NCBI GenBank assembly: GCA_049968255.1
Contig: JBMFRB010000002.1
Coordinates: forward strand, 128,001 to 192,000
Length of the DNA stretch: 64,000 nt
Direction of reading: 5' to 3'
DNA from: Candidatus Sumerlaeaceae bacterium
GTDB taxonomy: Bacteria; Sumerlaeota; Sumerlaeia; Sumerlaeales; Sumerlaeaceae
Below, piece by piece: positions 58,138-64,000 of the stretch (position 1 is its first letter; the number at the start of each line of letters is the position of its first letter). The notes below the pieces were generated by a model. It was given only the letters and a program-made list of their open reading frames with translations, searched no databases and was not told the DNA's origin. The position numbers and the translations under genes were made by a program.

Positions 58138-59117
58138 GCCCAGAGACGGCCGATGATCTCTTGCCAAACTTTGCGGTAGGCACGCATGCGCTCGCGATTG
58201 TGACGGTTGCGAAGTCCGACAATGTGGGCTCCCGCGAGAAAGAGCATCCTTAGAGAAAGATCTCCAAGCATGGAGCATCGCACGGTCACGCGTCGCCATC
58301 GAGGGTAGTTTCGCGAAAGAAATGTCTCAAGCGCTGAGAAAAATTGCTGGATTGCTAGTGCACGGACTTCGGCTGTTGGCTCGCCCTGAGTGTGGATGAT
58401 CGAAATCTGCGGATCTTGGATAATCTCGTAGCCCGCCTTTCTCAGGCGGAAGCATAAGTCAGTGTCTTCCGCATAAAGAAAATACGCTGACGAAAAACCG
58501 CCGACGTCATCCCATGCTGCTCGTGGTATGAGCATCGCACTTCCCATGACCCATTCGGCAGCCCTTGGTTTTGACACTCCTGTGCTGAGTGAAGGCAGCC
58601 CGTAGGACTTTCGTAATCGTTTCAGAAAGCCAGCCAGGAGACTGTGATTTAGCCAATACGTAAGGGCCCCAGGGAACCGGTACGTAGAACGTTGAATGGT
58701 CCCATTGTCATTGCAGAGGACGGGGGCGAGAACTCCTACGCGCACTCCTTCCGATTGCAAACGAGCCAAGCTTTGTAGCCAGGCCCGCATCGCCTCAGGA
58801 GGCACAACCGTATCGGGGTTGAGCACGCACAAAAGTGGCGCCTGTGCTTGCTGGGCTCCTAAGTTGCAGCCTTTTCCGTAGCCTAAATTTTCCGCGTTGC
58901 GAACCAGCAAAATTGGGAGATCTAGAAGGCTTTGCCAGTCATCATTCGGTGAGGCATTGTCTACCACAATGATTTCAAGGGGGACGTCCTGGCAGCAAAG
59001 AGAGCGGACACATCGGCGAACAAACCCACTTGTTTGATAATTCACAATAATCACTGAAACTGCAGGAGGCGTCCCGAGCCCTCCCTCAACGAGCGGCGAT
59101 TTGGTGTCGAGATGCAT
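58134..59117 (-). CDS. GT2 glycosyltransferase (WbbL-like)
   Basis: VSVIIVNY, VVDNAS, NLGYGKGCN, LNPD, WVMGSAML and YFLYAEDTDLC. Confidence 0.9.
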   Translation of the reverse strand: MHLDTKSPLVEGGLGTPPAVSVIIVNYQTSGFVRRCVRSLCCQDVPLEIIVVDNASPNDDWQSLLDLPILLVRNAENLGYGKGCNLGAQQAQAPLLCVLNPDTVVPPEAMRAWLQSLARLQSEGVRVGVLAPVLCNDNGTIQRSTYRFPGALTYWLNHSLLAGFLKRLRKSYGLPSLSTGVSKPRAAEWVMGSAMLIPRAAWDDVGGFSSAYFLYAEDTDLCFRLRKAGYEIIQDPQISIIHTQGEPTAEVRALAIQQFFSALETFLSRNYPRWRRVTVRCSMLGDLSLRMLFLAGAHIVGLRNRHNRERMRAYRKVWQEIIGRLWA

Positions 59118-59132
59118 ACATGTTCCCAGACT

Positions 59133-60713
59133 TCATGGCGCAGCATTCCAAAGCTTGTTGGCGAGTCTACTCTGCAAATTGCCGTGCTTTCGACAGTAAA
59201 GACGAAAACGATCGCCTAGCGGCGGTAGGTCCGGATGTGCAACATAGTTTGCATAAAACCATTGGACGATGGGATGCGCTGGAGGGGACGGAACGTCTTT
59301 TCTATCTATGGCGATTAGCTCGGGCTGTGTCCGCCGCAAATCTTGAAGCGCTCGGCGAGTGAGCGTTTCTGTGGTTGGACCCCATAACAATGGGATAACG
59401 AAAAAGATGCCGCTTGCTGGACGACGGTTTGCTGCCTCATAGAGGGTTGGTGCGGTGCCCCAGACGTAAAGCGTCTCATCTGGCGCCAAATAGCGTTGGA
59501 GTTCCCTCCCTTGCCGATACTGCTCTATAAACGCCGGGCCATATTTTGCTAAGGACCACGTTTCAGCGGATCGTAAATAGAAGGGGAGTTGTACAAGTGC
59601 CTGAGTGAGGACCAACCCGCCCACCAGCAGTCGCAAACGAAGTCGATCGCGTGTTGCGCTGAGTCGTCTGATCCCCAAGACCGTAGCGCTAGCTAGCACA
59701 CACAAAAGTGGAAGCCACAGCTGGTAGTAGTGGGGATAGAATCGTCCGGGAAGTGAGTACGCGAGAAACGTGGCCGCAGTCCACCCTGCAAGCCACTCCG
59801 TACCTTGGCGGCGAGGAGTTTGGAGGAGGTGAAAAATACCGACGAGGGCGAGAACGATTGCGGGCAAAACATTATTAGCAGCGTGCGGGACAACACGAGA
59901 AGGGACAAGCGCCGCAAAGATGTTGCTCAAAGGATTGTGGGTGTAAGCTCGTCCCCAGTAAAATAGCGTCGCATAGGCCTCTGCGAGGGTTCCTTGCCAT
60001 ACAGCGTTGACAAGAAACAGCACCCAGGGCAAGGCAGCTCCAGCAGTGAAAGAGCCAATTAAGTTCAAGGCGCTAACTTTCTGAGAACTAGCGCGCCGAA
60101 GACGACTCAGCACCAGCACGATCCAAAACACCACGATGTGGGCCATCATGACCGTCTTGTAGAGTGAGCCTAATGCCAAAAGGATGCCCCCCAGGAAAGC
60201 CCAACGGTTGCTGCCTGCGTTGCTCTGACAGTTGACCAGGGCAGCGAGTCCCCAGACGGCACAGACATTCATAAAGACCTCGGCGTTTGGTTGGTTGGCT
60301 TGCAACCAGCAATCAGCAGCCACAAGAGTCCACAGAGCCGCCGCAAGGATTCCTCCGCTTTCCGAACGATACAACTTTCTGGTGAGCTGGAAGATGCCGA
60401 GTAAGGCGAGGGTGCTGGCCACGCACCAGAGCAGGTAACGCGCGAGGAAGGGGTTGTCGGACAACCATGCTCCTGCCGCATAGGTCCAGTACACGGCCGG
60501 CGGCTTGATGTCCCACACCTCAGAATAGAGCCGCTTGCCGTGCAGCAGTTCGCGCGCAACCAACCAATAAGTTGCCAGATCTGTTTCTGGCGGTTCTGCC
60601 CAAGTGCGCAATCTCATGAGCAAGAGCAAGCCAGCGCAGGCGACGAGAAAATAGCGACGAAATCGCCGATACTGACGGAGGCTTATTCTTTGCGCGCGAG
60701 GAGAGCTGCCCAT
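59133..60713 (-). CDS. GT-C (ArnT/PMT-like) integral membrane glycosyltransferase
   Basis: ETDLATY and WDIKPP loop motifs, about 11 TM segments, YPHYY and a soluble C-terminal domain; start 60713 overlaps the prmA end. Confidence 0.75.
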   Translation of the reverse strand: MGSSPRAQRISLRQYRRFRRYFLVACAGLLLLMRLRTWAEPPETDLATYWLVARELLHGKRLYSEVWDIKPPAVYWTYAAGAWLSDNPFLARYLLWCVASTLALLGIFQLTRKLYRSESGGILAAALWTLVAADCWLQANQPNAEVFMNVCAVWGLAALVNCQSNAGSNRWAFLGGILLALGSLYKTVMMAHIVVFWIVLVLSRLRRASSQKVSALNLIGSFTAGAALPWVLFLVNAVWQGTLAEAYATLFYWGRAYTHNPLSNIFAALVPSRVVPHAANNVLPAIVLALVGIFHLLQTPRRQGTEWLAGWTAATFLAYSLPGRFYPHYYQLWLPLLCVLASATVLGIRRLSATRDRLRLRLLVGGLVLTQALVQLPFYLRSAETWSLAKYGPAFIEQYRQGRELQRYLAPDETLYVWGTAPTLYEAANRRPASGIFFVIPLLWGPTTETLTRRALQDLRRTQPELIAIDRKDVPSPPAHPIVQWFYANYVAHPDLPPLGDRFRLYCRKHGNLQSRLANKLWNAAP

Positions 60714-61558
60714 TCGTCGTTCTTCTCGGAGTGTGTTATTTCGAATCCAAGCTGTTTCACTCGCGTTTTCGCAACCTCGCTTTCTGAAGCAAGGAATCCA
60801 GACAAGCATAACAGGCCGCCCGGACAGCAGAAGCGAGGGACAAGCTCGGCCAACGGCTCGAAATTCGAGAGTAGCATGTTACACACAACGACGTCGAACT
60901 CTGTTGGCCGTAGCGACTCAAGCCTTGCGATCACGACGCTTACTTTTTTGAAAGCGAGATGGTTAAGATGAAGATTTTCTGCCACGTTTTCAATAACGTC
61001 GCTATCAATGTCAGTTGCAAGGCACCACGCTGCGCCACTCAGCGCTGCTGCAATTGCCAAGATCCCACTGCCGGTTCCGATGTCCAGGACGCGTTTATCC
61101 TCGAGGGGAATTTTCTCCATGAGCGAAAGACAAAGCTGCGTGGTGGCGTGAGTACCAGTGCCAAAAGCCATCCCAGGCTCGATAACAATTGGAATGCGCC
61201 CCGATCGGGGCAAGCCTGCCTCAACTTCCCACGGTGGCAGAACCAGAAAACGCGAACCGACTTCTACCGGCACGAAGTATTTCTTCCATTCGTCGTTCCA
61301 ATTGCGTTTAGCTATCTTTTGCGCGTGAATCGCAACAAGCTCTTTGTAGCCGCGCTTGTTGAGCCACTGTATGATTTCACTGCAAATGTGCTCGGCGTTG
61401 ATCTCCGCAGGAAAAAAAAGGCGAAACTTTGTCCCCGGGATGTCCGATTCAATGCCTTGACACTCAAGTTCTGTTAGAATCTCCCAGAAGACCTCGTCGA
61501 GTCCGGCTTGTGAAGAGTTAAACACTAGTTCGATATATTGCCACGTCATCGAGTTCAT
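60683..61558 (-). CDS. prmA: Ribosomal protein L11 methyltransferase
   Basis: W...WKKYF.P, IEPGMAFGTGTHATT, VLDIGTGSGILAI and LSG. Confidence 0.93.
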   Translation of the reverse strand: MNSMTWQYIELVFNSSQAGLDEVFWEILTELECQGIESDIPGTKFRLFFPAEINAEHICSEIIQWLNKRGYKELVAIHAQKIAKRNWNDEWKKYFVPVEVGSRFLVLPPWEVEAGLPRSGRIPIVIEPGMAFGTGTHATTQLCLSLMEKIPLEDKRVLDIGTGSGILAIAAALSGAAWCLATDIDSDVIENVAENLHLNHLAFKKVSVVIARLESLRPTEFDVVVCNMLLSNFEPLAELVPRFCCPGGLLCLSGFLASESEVAKTRVKQLGFEITHSEKNDEWAALLARKE

Positions 61559-61683
61559 GCGAACTATGCACGGCGATGAACTGAGGAAGGCAAGCTGACT
61601 TTGTGCGTTTTAGGTTGAACGCAAAGCTTGGAGCCAACACTCTGGCGTTCCGAATAGCAACGATACCGGGAAAATCGAAGGAA

Positions 61684-62289
61684 ATGGCCGAACAAAAAGC
61701 GAAAAAAAGCACAGCAGGGAAGAAAGAATCGAGCCCGATTACTTTTAGTGTTTCCGACATCAAGGAGCTTTTCATCCTGATGAAGGAGAACGACATAGCC
61801 GAGCTCAACATCGAACAGGGTGAGACCAAGATTCACATTGTAGGGTCGCGCGCGTCCGCAGTGCAGGCCGCCGCAGTATCCCCTGTCGTGCCGGTCGTGT
61901 CGAGCCTTCCGCCTGTGGGCATGGTTGCGCCAGCGACGCAACCCGCAGTAGCTGCGGCGCCAGTTGCAGCCGCATCCAGTCCGTCGGATGCTGCAGGCAC
62001 TATCGAAACAGCCTTGCCTACGGCCGAGTCGGAGACTCTTCCTTCAAATGTTAAAACGATCAATTCTCCGATGGTTGGGACCTTCTATCGTGCTCCAGCC
62101 CCTGACGCACCTCCGTTTGTGGACGTTGGTGATCGCGTTAAAGAAGACACCACCTTGTGCATTATCGAAGCGATGAAACTCATGAACGAAATCAAAGCCG
62201 AAATGCGAGGGAAAGTGGTCAAAATCCTCGTCGAAAATGGCATGCCCGTCGAGTATGGTCAGCCGCTGTTCTTGATTGAACCCGAATGA
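61684..62289 (+). CDS. accB: Acetyl-CoA carboxylase biotin carboxyl carrier protein
   Basis: Ala/Pro linker, SPMVGTFY and EAMKLMNEI (biotinyl-Lys); start 61684. Confidence 0.96.
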   Translation: MAEQKAKKSTAGKKESSPITFSVSDIKELFILMKENDIAELNIEQGETKIHIVGSRASAVQAAAVSPVVPVVSSLPPVGMVAPATQPAVAAAPVAAASSPSDAAGTIETALPTAESETLPSNVKTINSPMVGTFYRAPAPDAPPFVDVGDRVKEDTTLCIIEAMKLMNEIKAEMRGKVVKILVENGMPVEYGQPLFLIEPE

Positions 62290-62352
62290 CAATCGAACGC
62301 GTGCAGGACGAGCTCAGTACTCACAACAACTCAGGCGGTCAGAAGAAAACTT

Positions 62353-63696
62353 ATGTTTAGAAAGATCCTTATAGCCAACCGTGGTGAAGTTGCTCTGCGT
62401 ATCATTCGGGCATGCAAGGAGCTGGGAATACGCACCGTTGCCGTGTATTCGGAAGCCGATGCAAACTCGCTGCATGTGAAATTTGCTGACGAGGACGTAT
62501 GCATTGGACCAGCCCCAAGCGCGGAAAGCTACCTAAATGTCGCGCGTATCATCAGCGCTGCTGAAATCACCGATGCCGAGGCAATTCATCCAGGTTATGG
62601 ATTCTTGGCTGAGAATGCGGAGTTCGCCGAACTCTGTGAGACTTGTAAGATCAAGTTCATCGGGCCGTCACCGGAGGCGATCCGTCGTATGGGCGACAAG
62701 GCGGAAGCCAAGAGAACAATGCGCGAAGCAGGGGTGCCATGCATTCCCGGAAGCCCTGGCTTGGTGACCGACATTGGGGAAGCACGAGCAATTGCCGATG
62801 AAATTGGTTATCCTATTATCATAAAGGCTGCTGCTGGCGGCGGTGGTCGTGGCATGCGCGTAGCGCACACACCCATCGCATTGTCTACTTCTTTTGCGAC
62901 AGCGCAGGCCGAGGCGGAGAAAGCTTTCGGCAATCCCGGAGTTTATATCGAAAAGTTCATCGAGAACCCCAAGCACGTGGAGGTTCAGATTCTTGCTGAT
63001 GAGCACGGGCATGCAGTCTATCTGGGCGAGCGTGACTGTTCGGTCCAGCGTCGCCACCAAAAGCTGATCGAAGAGAGTCCTTGCCCAGTTCTTGATGAAG
63101 AGACACGGCGCAAGATTGGAGAGGCTGCAGTCCGTGCAGCCCAGGCCGTTGGTTATGCAAATGCCGGCACGATTGAGTTCCTCCTTGATAAGGATAAGAA
63201 TTTTTATTTCATGGAAATGAACACCCGGATTCAGGTTGAGCACCCTGTCACCGAGCAGGTCACACTGTTCGACCTTGTCCAAGCGCAGGTGCGCATCGCG
63301 GCCGGCGAAGAGCTACCAATACGTCAGGAAGACATCAAGCTTATTGGGCACTCGATCGAATGCCGCATCAATGCAGAGAATCCGGACAAAGGGTTTATTC
63401 CCTCGCCAGGGCGAATTACGACGTATCACGTCCCAGGCGGACCAGGCGTTCGAGTGGACTCGCACTGTTACCAGGAGTATGTAATTCCGCCCTATTATGA
63501 TTCTATGATCGGAAAACTCATTACGTGGGCCCCAAGCCGCGAGGAATGTATTGCCCGTATGCGCCGCGCCTTGGACGAATTTGTCATTGAAGGTGTGGCC
63601 ACAACCATTCCATTTCACCGCGCCGTCATGGACAGTGAAGAATTTTTGCGTGGGACGTTCGGCACGAACTTTGTCGAGAATTTCTGGAAAAAGTAA
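62353..63696 (+). CDS. accC: Biotin carboxylase
   Basis: [47 protein letters not shown] and YDSMIGK. Confidence 0.97.
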   Translation: MFRKILIANRGEVALRIIRACKELGIRTVAVYSEADANSLHVKFADEDVCIGPAPSAESYLNVARIISAAEITDAEAIHPGYGFLAENAEFAELCETCKIKFIGPSPEAIRRMGDKAEAKRTMREAGVPCIPGSPGLVTDIGEARAIADEIGYPIIIKAAAGGGGRGMRVAHTPIALSTSFATAQAEAEKAFGNPGVYIEKFIENPKHVEVQILADEHGHAVYLGERDCSVQRRHQKLIEESPCPVLDEETRRKIGEAAVRAAQAVGYANAGTIEFLLDKDKNFYFMEMNTRIQVEHPVTEQVTLFDLVQAQVRIAAGEELPIRQEDIKLIGHSIECRINAENPDKGFIPSPGRITTYHVPGGPGVRVDSHCYQEYVIPPYYDSMIGKLITWAPSREECIARMRRALDEFVIEGVATTIPFHRAVMDSEEFLRGTFGTNFVENFWKK

Positions 63697-63697
63697 G

Positions 63698-63726
63698 GCT
63701 CTGGGCTGCTGAGTGCGGCCCAGAGC
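63698..63726. terminator. Hairpin between convergent accC and fusA
   Basis: 12-bp stem gctctgggctgc/gcggcccagagc (one G-U pair) immediately after the accC stop. Confidence 0.55.
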
Positions 63727-63762
63727 TGAAGTGTTTGGCAAGCGCCCAGCCCAGACCAAAAG

Positions 63763-64000
63763 CTAGCGCACCAAATCCTCGCCAGTAATTCTCTCTGCGA
63801 TGGCCTTTGGAACCTTGTCGTAGTGAGAGAACTGCATCGTATAGGTGGCACGCCCTTGAGTTCGGCTACGAAGGTCGGTGGCGTAGCCGAACATTTCGCT
63901 CAGCGGAACGTTGGCTCGGACTACTTGAGAGTTGCCGCGTCGCATGGTCTCTTCGATTTTACCGCGGCGCGAGGTCAAGTCGCCAAGTACATCCCCGAAG
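63763..64000 (-). CDS. fusA: Elongation factor G, C-terminal domain V (partial)
   Basis: [12 protein letters not shown]..., [30 protein letters not shown]. Confidence 0.93.
   Translation of the reverse strand, partial: FGDVLGDLTSRRGKIEETMRRGNSQVVRANVPLSEMFGYATDLRSRTQGRATYTMQFSHYDKVPKAIAERITGEDLVR

Noticed and set aside
1-64000. CRISPR arrays, tRNA/rRNA genes, IS elements and prophage
   Set aside because: No regularly spaced repeats, cloverleaf T-loop context or transposase/integrase/phage ORFs were seen by eye; intergenic gaps are all short. A computational scan was not possible.

Overview
Gene-dense bacterial chromosomal segment of a diderm organism (TolC, Lgt), about 54 CDS on both strands, with no rRNA, tRNA, CRISPR array, transposase or prophage that I can see. 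It is mostly housekeeping genes in short, shuffled operons: moeA, xseB-dxs, glyQS, proA, gcvT-H-PA-PB, ruvX, recD2, tyrS, pepA, comEA, alr-pgsA-rsmD, trmB-prs-thrB, murG, lgt, priA, plsY-gpsA, prmA, accBC and the 3' end of fusA. Surface-glycan genes are scattered among them. The shuffled gene order and a secreted protein ending in ...TAASDWQLFQ suggest a poorly studied lineage such as Sumerlaeota/BRC1; this is inference only. The most unusual items are five. (1) A full-length two-SIS-domain protein that follows the architecture of vertebrate glucokinase regulatory protein (GKRP) yet keeps the MurQ catalytic signatures, downstream of an M23 peptidase. (2) An orphan ThiH/HydG/NosL-like radical SAM enzyme with a rewritten substrate pocket. 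(3) A eukaryote-type UDP-galactopyranose mutase among flippase, FkbM and GT4 genes. (4) A candidate short C-terminal protein-sorting signal. (5) An IscU-like protein lacking its third Cys. All family comparisons are by motif recognition from memory; no searches were run.
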